NCBI RefSeq assembly: GCF_036323395.1 | Contig: NZ_AP028907.1 | Coordinates: 180,001-212,000, forward strand | DNA from: Pyrodictium abyssi | Lineage (GTDB): Archaea > Thermoproteota > Thermoprotei_A > Sulfolobales > Pyrodictiaceae | Reading direction: 5' to 3' | DNA: 32,000 nt | Part shown: piece after piece, positions 23,329 to 30,961 of the stretch | Position numbering within the stretch: position 1 is the stretch's first letter | How the letters are laid out: the number at the start of each line of letters is the position of its first letter | Position numbers and translations under genes: made by a program | Notes under the pieces: generated by a model | Told to the model about the DNA's origin: nothing | What the model saw: the letters and a program-made list of their open reading frames with translations, nothing else | The model's database searches: none

Positions 23329-23390
23329 TGATACTATGTAAGCCTCTCTAGCCATGGTAGCGCTTGCTAGAGGTCCTTTTCGGCTGGGAC

Positions 23391-23446
23391 GCGGGCCTCT
23401 CGAGCCCGTGACCCGGGTTCAAATCCCGGCCGCGGCACCAACCCTC
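23391..23446 (+). repeat. attR: 56-bp direct repeat (partial tRNA-Glu 3' copy)
   Basis: Identical to 8878-8933. It lacks the tRNA 5' half, so it is not a functional tRNA. Confidence 0.9.
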
Positions 23447-23685
23447 AATACCCTCCCCCTTGTTCTGGCCATTCCTCCGCCCAGGTACGGGGCTGCCGAC
23501 GTGATAGCCCTGTTACACTGGTTTGAGCTTTGTAGGAGAGCACGTGCCTGTAACGGCACCTAGGGCTTGGATAGACCCGTCATACAGTACATATTGTACA
23601 TCCAGCGTATATCGTCTTTGGCTACAGTCTTTTAAAGAAGGGTGGAGAACGCAACTACTGTGGCTATGAGGGCCTCTGTGTGTCT

Positions 23686-24201
23686 TTAGCTGTCCCTTAT
23701 TGTACGCAGCTTTGGCCCGCCTTCCATAAAGCCTTCGGGGAAGTACATGTCCTTGATACTGCTGAAACCGTGGTTTAGTAGCACTTTCCCGAGCCTTGTA
23801 TCCTCTGGCGGAGTTCCCCGCTCAAGCTGCTTCATGGTCTCCTCGTCGCCGACGTACTCGAGGAATAGCGTTTCGCCCTGTTCTAGTATGCGTGAAGCTG
23901 CGTAGACGAGGCGTTCCTCGAGACCCCCTCTAGCTAGGTCCCAGTTTACACCATATATTTCTATCCAGCCCCGATAGTAGGGTGGACGCCCCTCAAATAG
24001 CCTTATGTAGGCAAGGTGCTGGCCCTTGTAGAGAACCTCAATGTCGTACATCTCGCGTATCCTGGGCTTCCGCAGGTCTACAACCTGGAGCCCCATGGAA
24101 GCTAGTAGTGCCTTAAGACCGTCGACTCTCCTCAACGCCAATACACCTAAGGCGACGGGCAGGCTACACTGAATGTCACCAACTAGTTCCAATATAAGCA
24201 C
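23686..24201 (-). CDS. Conserved hypothetical protein
   Basis: 171-aa ORF with host-like codon usage. Family not recognised with confidence. Confidence 0.55.
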   Translation of the reverse strand: MLILELVGDIQCSLPVALGVLALRRVDGLKALLASMGLQVVDLRKPRIREMYDIEVLYKGQHLAYIRLFEGRPPYYRGWIEIYGVNWDLARGGLEERLVYAASRILEQGETLFLEYVGDEETMKQLERGTPPEDTRLGKVLLNHGFSSIKDMYFPEGFMEGGPKLRTIRDS

Positions 24202-24432
24202 GGCTACGTCTATTACCCCTAGAGTGGTGGCTTGGGGCTATCTGCTGCGCTTCCTGGCTCCAGTGCTAGGCTACGCCCGGCATCACGCCGACCACGTCAA
24301 GCTCTCTTATAGAGCCCTGCATGCTGCGAAGAGTCTAAGTATGCGTATACGTTGTTATACTAGATGAGCCCGGGGTCTTTTTTACCAGTAGACTCCACAA
24401 TAGGGCGTCATGTAGTTTATGAGGTGCCGTGT

Positions 24433-24735
24433 ATGTTTATGAGACACCCTCTAGACCCGACCAAGGATAAGCTCGATAGTAGTGATGTTGTTGACGCCAT
24501 CCGTCTAGCTATAGTCGCGGAACTCGACGCTATAAGCTTCTACCTCCAAGTCGCCAGGCGTGTAGAAGACGAGGCTGTTAGAAGGGTTTTCGAGGACGTT
24601 GCCAGGGAGGAGAAGACGCATGTGGGAGAGTTCCTCGCTCTACTGAAGCGGCTTGACCCGGAGCAGGCTAGGGAGCTCGAGAAAGGATTCCAGGAAGTGT
24701 CAGAACTCCTAGGCGAAACTGCTGCCAAGGACTAG
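24433..24735 (+). CDS. Small ferritin-like / rubrerythrin-family protein (EncFtn-like motifs)
   Basis: DAIRLAIVAELDAISFYLQ...DVAREEKTHVGEFLALLKRLDP has the di-iron ExxH-type pattern. Start moved to ATG 24433, which is preceded by gaggtg. Confidence 0.65.
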   Translation: MFMRHPLDPTKDKLDSSDVVDAIRLAIVAELDAISFYLQVARRVEDEAVRRVFEDVAREEKTHVGEFLALLKRLDPEQARELEKGFQEVSELLGETAAKD

Positions 24736-24971
24736 TCCTAAGGCTTCTGGAGCAGCAGATAGAGCCAGTTCTCCTCGTCGAGCCCGGTGTACACGGTTAT
24801 TTTTTCGCTTTCACACTGATTTTCTTGCAGGGCGTACTATGCTACCCCGGTCGAGCTTGTTCTTGGATTCAGCCGGCTCTATCCTGGCGCGTGACGTGGT
24901 GTCAGCTACCCTCCGGCTTTTATACCCGTGTTAAAGACAGGGGTGTCTCTGGGCTAGTGGGGCTGGATAAT

Positions 24972-25448
24972 ATGGCGCTAGAGCCTGGTGTAGAGGCACC
25001 CTCGTTTGAGGCTACCACGCATACAGGCTCTAGGTTCCGTCTCGACGAGCTCCGAGGGAGGATCGTGGTGCTTTACTTCTACCCTCGTGCCATGACCACC
25101 GGCTGTACGAGAGAAGCTAGGCGCTTCAATGAGCTGCTTGACGAGTTTGAAAAGCTTGGAGCTGTTGTAGTGGGCGTGTCCACGGACCCTCCGGAGAGGA
25201 ACAAGAAGTTCGCGGAGAAGTATAGCCTCCGCTTTACACTTCTCAGCGACACAGAGGGAGAGGTAGCCCGTCTCTACGGCGTGCTACGGCAAGGAACCAG
25301 GAGGCTTAGCGCTGAGCGTGTGACATTCGTCATAGACCGCGACGGTAGGATTGCTGAGGTGATAAAGGGTGTTAGGCCTGCAGAGAAGCACGCAGACCTA
25401 GCCCTTGAAGCAGTAAGGAGGCTTGCAGCCAGCGCGGCCGGGGAGTAG
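24972..25448 (+). CDS. bcp: Peroxiredoxin, Bcp type
   Basis: PGVEAPSFEATTHTGSRFRLDELRGRIVVLYFYPRAMTTGCTREA...GVSTDP. Start at the internal ATG 24972 (the track ORF starts at 24825). Confidence 0.9.
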   Translation: MALEPGVEAPSFEATTHTGSRFRLDELRGRIVVLYFYPRAMTTGCTREARRFNELLDEFEKLGAVVVGVSTDPPERNKKFAEKYSLRFTLLSDTEGEVARLYGVLRQGTRRLSAERVTFVIDRDGRIAEVIKGVRPAEKHADLALEAVRRLAASAAGE

Positions 25449-25541
25449 TCCGGCCCCTACTACATTAACCGTGGCTCCGGGAGACTGTTCATTAAAATAG
25501 CAGCAGAGAGGAGCCTAGGCCTGCTAGCGGGCCGGGCGGCG

Positions 25542-26351
25542 TTACTGCTCCTCTCCCTTGTTTTCAGCTGCCTCCTTGGCTTCTTTCTCCTCCTTCTGCT
25601 CTGGCTGTGTCTGCTGCTCCCTGTTCTCTTCCTCCTTGGGTTCTGGGAACTTCATCCTCTCTATGAACTCTATAGCCTTTACCTCATCCTTCATGTACCT
25701 GTACGCTTCTAGTATCACTATACGCTTTACCACTTGGAAGTCGTTTATACCGAATACCTTCTCGCTGAGCTCGACGCGCGCTGTCCCGGTCTCGCCGTCA
25801 TACTGTACCTTCACGTCCTCTGGTGTGAGCGATGGCGGTGTACGCCTTAGTATTAGCTGCTGTATCTTCTCCTCGGGCGTCTTTAGCACCTTTACTACCT
25901 TCACCTTCGCGAGTATCGTCTTGCCTGCTAGCGGGTGGTTGAAGTCTACTACCACCCGGCCGCCGGCGACACTCCTTATGACCGCTAGCTGGTTGTTTAT
26001 CTCCACTATCTTGCCGGGCTCCGGGACGACACCGCTCTTTATGAACTGGTTCTTTGGCAGTATCTTTATCTTCTCGGGGTCACGCTTGCCGAAGGCGTCC
26101 TCCGGCGGTATTTCTATCTCCTTTTCTTCGCCCTCGCTCATCTCCTTTATTGCCTTCTCTAGGCCTGGCAGTAGCCGGCCCTCCCCGACTATGACCAGGC
26201 GCGGCCCGTAGCGGTCCTTGGGGTCGTATATGCCTGCTTTGCGTGCCTCTTCTTCGCTAGTAGTGTCTATGACTTCTCCTGTGTCCTTTACCCGGAGAGT
26301 GTACTCGACTAGCGCAAAGGTGCCCTCCTCTAGCGGCATTGCTGCCTTCAC
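25542..26351 (-). CDS. Long-type FKBP peptidyl-prolyl cis-trans isomerase
   Basis: FKBP core with an IF insert (VEYTLRVKDTGEVIDTT..., GRVVVDFNHPLAGKTILAKVKVVKV), plus a C-terminal domain and an acidic tail. Confidence 0.9.
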   Translation of the reverse strand: MKAAMPLEEGTFALVEYTLRVKDTGEVIDTTSEEEARKAGIYDPKDRYGPRLVIVGEGRLLPGLEKAIKEMSEGEEKEIEIPPEDAFGKRDPEKIKILPKNQFIKSGVVPEPGKIVEINNQLAVIRSVAGGRVVVDFNHPLAGKTILAKVKVVKVLKTPEEKIQQLILRRTPPSLTPEDVKVQYDGETGTARVELSEKVFGINDFQVVKRIVILEAYRYMKDEVKAIEFIERMKFPEPKEEENREQQTQPEQKEEKEAKEAAENKGEEQ

Positions 26352-26902
26352 ACCCCGCTCCTAAGGTACCAGCCAGCGTCAATGACGTTCTCGATATAAA
26401 TTCTGTCGTGGCGGCGCCTAGGCCGGCCCCATCCTAGCGGCTCCATCCGCTCATTAAGCACTAGCACCGGGTATCTTCTACAACGCCCCGGAGGCATAGG
26501 GCGGTACGAGGCAATAGACTCGGGCAGCACGTCGCGTCCGTAGAGGAAGAGCCTCTCGCCCTGGGGCTTTACCACTACGTAGCCCTGGCGGGGCCTCAGC
26601 CGGTACCTAGCTATAACCGAGCACATGCCGAGGAAGGGCGTAAGCCTGCCTCTCCTCACCCTGGCCACGTGTATGCCCGCGCTGGCTACACTAGAGCGCA
26701 GCCCCCGGGGCAGCGACAACACGGTCTCGGCTACCGGGCTAGCCATAGCGTAGACGTCTAGCACGCCCCCGGGGCCCGGGCGGCAGACTACCCGGAGCCC
26801 TAGGTCCTCTAGCCTTTTGTCCACGCCGAGGCATTCTAGCAGCCTATCCATCTCCCCCGCGGCTTCTCTGCACTCTGCTAGCTCGTCTTCACCAGCCTGC
26901 AT
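26348..26902 (-). CDS. Nip7-like ribosome-biogenesis protein with a PUA domain
   Basis: YVVVKPQGERLFLYGRDVLPESI...YPVLVLNERMEPLGWG...ENVIDAGWYLRSG parallels yeast Nip7 (VWVKPNGEMPFLYGNHVLK...VPLGFG...ADIGEYLR, recalled from memory). The start is uncertain; ATG 26902 is chosen. Confidence 0.75.
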   Translation of the reverse strand: MQAGEDELAECREAAGEMDRLLECLGVDKRLEDLGLRVVCRPGPGGVLDVYAMASPVAETVLSLPRGLRSSVASAGIHVARVRRGRLTPFLGMCSVIARYRLRPRQGYVVVKPQGERLFLYGRDVLPESIASYRPMPPGRCRRYPVLVLNERMEPLGWGRPRRRHDRIYIENVIDAGWYLRSGV

Positions 26903-27699
26903 ATCGTGAAGCCCTCCGTGGAATGGCGGTGTGGGAAGAAGCGCTTGCACCTCGACACGGAGGGGTCTAGGTCTAGGCCTATGTACCTGGCCACGCCGGG
27001 GCTCCCCGCCGTATAGCTTGGCTCCTCCACCTCGAAGTCTCCCCTGCTCTCGAGGAGGGTGGATACAACGTACTCGTTCTCCTCCACTGATATACTACAC
27101 GTGGCGTAGACCACGGCGCCCCCGGGCTCCAAGGCGTCAAGGGCTGCGTCAAGCAGTTCTAGCTGAAGCTCTACCCTAGAGAGTATGTCGCCGAAGCTGC
27201 GGGGCCACCGCCCGCGCTGGAAGGGCAGCAAGCCCTCACCACTACACGGGGCATCGAGGAGTATTGAGTCGAAGCGCCCTAGCTCTGGGAGCTGGCGCGC
27301 ATCCATGTGGAGCGCCGCAACATTGAGTACTGCGAGGCGGCTCATATTGTTCTTCAGCGCTAGTAGCTTCCTACGGTTAATGTCAGCAGCTATTATCGGG
27401 GCCGACGGGTTGTGCTGTGCTATCTGGCTAGTCTTCACGCCTGCCCCAGCACACATGTCGGCTATCCTTCTCGCGTCCTCGGGGCTGAGGGCAGGCACAA
27501 CCATCATGGATGCCGGGCCCTGAACTGTGTAGAGCCCCTGCATGTACTCATGCAGAGCTCCTATTGGGTAGGGTGTCTCCTCGACCACCAGCCCATACCA
27601 CAGGTAGGGATGGCGGCGCGTTACTACGCCCTTCTCTGCTAACCGCTCAGTAAGCTCCTCAACTCCAGCGAGGAGCGTGTTAACGCGGATAGTCTTCAT
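26878..27699 (-). CDS. NOL1/NOP2/Sun-family RNA (cytosine-C5) methyltransferase
   Basis: Motifs DMCAGAGVKT (SAM binding), LLDAPCSGEG (motif IV) and VVYATCSISVEENE (motif VI). The true N-terminus probably lies upstream, because the frame is open to 27927 (see findings). Confidence 0.9.
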   Translation of the reverse strand: MKTIRVNTLLAGVEELTERLAEKGVVTRRHPYLWYGLVVEETPYPIGALHEYMQGLYTVQGPASMMVVPALSPEDARRIADMCAGAGVKTSQIAQHNPSAPIIAADINRRKLLALKNNMSRLAVLNVAALHMDARQLPELGRFDSILLDAPCSGEGLLPFQRGRWPRSFGDILSRVELQLELLDAALDALEPGGAVVYATCSISVEENEYVVSTLLESRGDFEVEEPSYTAGSPGVARYIGLDLDPSVSRCKRFFPHRHSTEGFTICRLVKTS

Positions 27700-28004
27700 T
27701 ACCGATTCCTCGCTTGCTCCTAGAAGCTGTTCTGCCTCGTCGCCGAGCAGAGCGAGGTATCGTAGAGCCTGGTGGACGTGGATGAAGCTATAACGTGCTA
27801 CCAGCAGCTTCGCCCTGGCTAGTAGCTCCTCGTCTTGCTCTAGACCCTCCAGTTGCTCCCTCAGCGCCTCTACCGCCTTGCGATAGACTGTTTTCCTCCT
27901 AGACAGGTTTGAGGCACCCCCAGAGGCCTAGGCATGGGACTCCCCGCTGTGTAGCCGCCATGGTGGCCGAGCAGCGCCCGGCGGCACGGAGGTAGAGGCC
28001 AGCC

Positions 28005-28523
28005 ATGAGGCGCGGTGTCTTCGTGGGCCGTTTCCAGCCTCCACACTGGGGCCACATAGAGGTTATAAAGTGGTGCCTAGACCGCGTAGACGAGCTCATA
28101 ATCGTCGTTGGCTCTGCCCAGGAGAGCCACACAATCAAGAACCCGTTCACGGCTGGCGAGCGGATAGAGATGCTCCTGCTAGGCCTAAGGGACGCGGGCG
28201 TAGACACGTCACGGATAATGATAGTACCCATACCCGACATCGCTATGAACTATGTGTGGCCGCGGTACCTCGAGATGCTTCTCCCGCGCTTCGAGGTAGT
28301 ATTCTCGAGGAACCCACTGGTGACCAGGCTCTTCACAGAGTACGGCTACCGCGTAGAGGCGCCGCCGGCTTTTAGCCGGGGCGAGTACAGCGCGACAAGG
28401 ATACGCACCCTCATACTCCGCGGCGACGAGTCCTGGAAGAGGCTGGTACCCCCGAGCGTCGCCCGGTTCATTGAAGAGATTAAAGGCGTTGAAAGACTCA
28501 TAGCCATCTCCAGGAGGGACTAG
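28005..28523 (+). CDS. Nicotinamide-nucleotide adenylyltransferase (archaeal NadM type)
   Basis: RGVFVGRFQPPHWGHIEVIKW...LIIVVGSAQESHTIKNPFTAGERIEML matches the (H/T)xGH nucleotidyltransferase family. Confidence 0.9.
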   Translation: MRRGVFVGRFQPPHWGHIEVIKWCLDRVDELIIVVGSAQESHTIKNPFTAGERIEMLLLGLRDAGVDTSRIMIVPIPDIAMNYVWPRYLEMLLPRFEVVFSRNPLVTRLFTEYGYRVEAPPAFSRGEYSATRIRTLILRGDESWKRLVPPSVARFIEEIKGVERLIAISRRD

Positions 28524-28530
28524 AGGAGCC

Positions 28531-29616
28531 TTGGAGCCGCTAGTCATAGACGGAAGCTTCGGCGAGGGTGGAGGCCAGATACTGAGGACCACACTGGCCC
28601 TCTCAGCCCTACTCGGCCGCCCCGTGAAGATAGTGAATATTAGGGCTAAGAGGCCCCGGCCGGGGCTCCAGCGCCAGCACCTCACATCCGTCAGAGCCGT
28701 GGCCGAGGTAGCTGGCGCGCGGGTCGACGGCCTCCGGCTAGGCTCCACCGAGATAACGTTCTGGCCAGGGAGGCTGCGGAGCGGGCGCTTCCGCTTCGAC
28801 ATAGGCACAGCTGGCAGCATAACCCTGGTACTGCAGGCCGTGCTGCCCGTCCTAGTCTACGCCCCGGGCCGCGTCGAAGTCGAGATAAGGGGCGGGACCG
28901 ACGTGCCCTGGAGCCCGCCGATAGACTACGTGAGGTTCGTACTGTCTAGGCTCCTCGAGCGTATGGGCTACGTGTTCCGCGTCACGCTGAGGAGGCGCGG
29001 GCACTATCCCCGGGGCGGCGGCGTGGTCGTGGTGGAGGTACCCCAGCCTCCGGGCCAGCTCGAGCCCGTCAGGCTAGACACTGCTGGGCCCGTGAAGGCG
29101 TTCGAGGGGCTAAGCCACGCCGTCCGGCTCCCCCGCCACGTCGCCGAGAGGCAGGCCAGGGCAGCCAAGGAGCTTATCGAGGCCAAGTACCCCGGGCTAC
29201 CGGTCGAGATAGAGACCGAGTGGTACGAGCCCGGGCGAGACCCGCACCTGGGCCCCGGCAGCGGCATAGTAGTGTGGGCCTTCACCGGGAATAGTGTCCT
29301 CGGCGGCGACTCGATAGGCGCCAAGGGCAAGCCCGCTGAGAAGGTCGGCCGCGAGGCTGCCGAGAAGCTGCTCGAGGACCTGGCTACCGGGAAGGCTCTG
29401 GACAGGCACGCCTCCGATATGCTGATACCCTACGCCGCGCTCGCATGCGGCGAGTCGCTGCTAGGCGGCGCAAAGCTGACCATGCACGCGTGGACAAACA
29501 TAGAGATAGTCAAGCGCATACTACCAGAAGCCCGGATGGAGTTCGTCGAGGGCGGCGAGATAGGGGAACCCTTCGCCCTAAGAGTGCAGGGCGTGTGCCA
29601 CAGGGCGGGTCGCTAG
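28531..29616 (+). CDS. rtcA: RNA 3'-terminal phosphate cyclase
   Basis: DGSFGEGGGQILRTTLALSALLGRPVKIVNIRAKRPRPGLQRQHL is the RtcA signature; 361 aa. TTG start. Confidence 0.9.
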   Translation: MEPLVIDGSFGEGGGQILRTTLALSALLGRPVKIVNIRAKRPRPGLQRQHLTSVRAVAEVAGARVDGLRLGSTEITFWPGRLRSGRFRFDIGTAGSITLVLQAVLPVLVYAPGRVEVEIRGGTDVPWSPPIDYVRFVLSRLLERMGYVFRVTLRRRGHYPRGGGVVVVEVPQPPGQLEPVRLDTAGPVKAFEGLSHAVRLPRHVAERQARAAKELIEAKYPGLPVEIETEWYEPGRDPHLGPGSGIVVWAFTGNSVLGGDSIGAKGKPAEKVGREAAEKLLEDLATGKALDRHASDMLIPYAALACGESLLGGAKLTMHAWTNIEIVKRILPEARMEFVEGGEIGEPFALRVQGVCHRAGR

Positions 29617-30731
29617 CCACCGAAAAGCCATGGGGTCTTTACGCGTAGACACTGGTAGACCGTGTCGAGTAGCCTGTCTACCCCCTCCCCCGTAAGGGCT
29701 GAGATGAGCAGCGGCTCGCTGGCGCATAGGTCTGTTTTGCTCGTGCCTGCTAGTGCCTCGTTAACAGCTTCTACAGCGCGTTCGACACGCTCCCGGGGTG
29801 TTATGTCTACCTTGTTCACTGCTACTATGAGGCCTGCACCACGGTTTGCTATTATCCCCGTGTATACGTCTTTGAGCAGTCTCATCTGGTGCTCAATGTC
29901 CTGCACCATTTCCGGCGACGGGTCCACTAGGAACAGTACTACATCAGGAAGCGACTGCAGCGCCGCGAAGGCTTTACGCTCTATCTCGTTGTGCTGCTCC
30001 AAAGGCCTCTCGAGTATACCAGGAGTATCGACCATGTAGAACGCTACGTCTCTCACCTTCGTCTTGCCTACTATAACCGTCTTTGTCGTGAAGGGGTATG
30101 ACGCCACCTCTGGCTCCGCTGTGGACGCCCTACGCACGAGCGTGGACTTACCGGTACTAGGTATGCCGGCCACGACCACTATCGGCAGCCCTTCGGACAC
30201 TATGTGCGTCTGGAGCAGCTCTCTACGCACACGGTCCAACAGTTCAAGCCGTTTGCGAAGCCTACGCACCACGGATAGTATACGGCCGCTCCCTTCCTTA
30301 CGCAGTCTAGCAGCCTCGCGCGCATCGGCAGCCGATACTATTAGGAGACGGTACTGGTTCCAGAACTCCTTTATCAGGCGAAGCGACCGGCGTATAGCAC
30401 GGAGAGCCTCGTCGTACTCTTCCCCAACGAAGCCCAGTACTAGGGCTCGGTGGAACTCGCTCATCTCACGGGTGGACGGCAAGCGCGCTACACGGAGGAG
30501 CCTCGAGTAGGAGACGTTGAACACTACTTCTAGCCTCTTAAGCTCGAACTCTATTCGGCCGGGCAGGCCGCGGCGCCGCGGCCTAACCTTACGGTACCGC
30601 TCCCCTACAACCCTGACTATTTCCTCGGAGCTGTAGACGTGTGTCTCCTTAAGCCTCTTAACGGTCTCAGCGAGCTTGAGCATTTCCCGGTGCCGCCGGA
30701 GCCACGGCAGCTCCTCATGCTGTACTGCCAT
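29613..30731 (-). CDS. Nog1-like / OBG-HflX-like GTPase
   Basis: G1 VVAGIPSTGKST, G3 DTPGIL and G4 NKVD, with an N-terminal helical domain. Start moved to ATG 30731 (the track ORF starts at 30914). Confidence 0.8.
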   Translation of the reverse strand: MAVQHEELPWLRRHREMLKLAETVKRLKETHVYSSEEIVRVVGERYRKVRPRRRGLPGRIEFELKRLEVVFNVSYSRLLRVARLPSTREMSEFHRALVLGFVGEEYDEALRAIRRSLRLIKEFWNQYRLLIVSAADAREAARLRKEGSGRILSVVRRLRKRLELLDRVRRELLQTHIVSEGLPIVVVAGIPSTGKSTLVRRASTAEPEVASYPFTTKTVIVGKTKVRDVAFYMVDTPGILERPLEQHNEIERKAFAALQSLPDVVLFLVDPSPEMVQDIEHQMRLLKDVYTGIIANRGAGLIVAVNKVDITPRERVERAVEAVNEALAGTSKTDLCASEPLLISALTGEGVDRLLDTVYQCLRVKTPWLFGG

Positions 30732-30961
30732 TAACGCCCCCACAGCTCCAACAGAAGCCACGACCCCCCTTATCAAGAACACCTCCGTGAACCGGGCTGC
30801 AGAGTGTATCCTATGGAGGAGCTGGGGCAAGTAGCGACGACTACGCATAGGAGTGCGAATGCGAGAAGAGAGCACAGAGGTACCAGAGGAGACTCGTGGA
30901 GCTTCGCACAGCATCCGGTGGCTGGGGGCATAGGCCTGGTAAGATCCCCAGGGGCCGCGGG

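Larger units (their letters stand above)
8878..23446. mobile_element. Integrated virus/plasmid-like element (14,513 bp repeat to repeat) in tRNA-Glu
   Basis: Bounded by perfect 56-bp att repeats. Contains a tyrosine integrase, a P-loop ATPase, RHH, wHTH and AbrB regulators, a secreted/membrane protein module and element-specific repeat families. The flanks are core housekeeping genes. Confidence 0.9.

Noticed and set aside
23588-23600. The GTACA-N3-TGTAC palindrome just outside attR resembles the CTGTACAG repeats inside the element.
   Set aside because: It is short and AT-rich, shares only a TGTACA core and is a single occurrence. That is insufficient to claim a relation.
25558-26211. A 217-aa plus-strand ORF.
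   Set aside because: It is antisense to the clearly identified FKBP gene, and its translation is Ser/Phe-rich and low in complexity.
27870-28240. Minus-strand ORFs 27870-28055 and 27899-28240 upstream of the methyltransferase.
   Set aside because: They overlap the well-supported NMNAT gene on the opposite strand. They are relevant only because the ATG at 27935 might feed the methyltransferase frame (see the finding).
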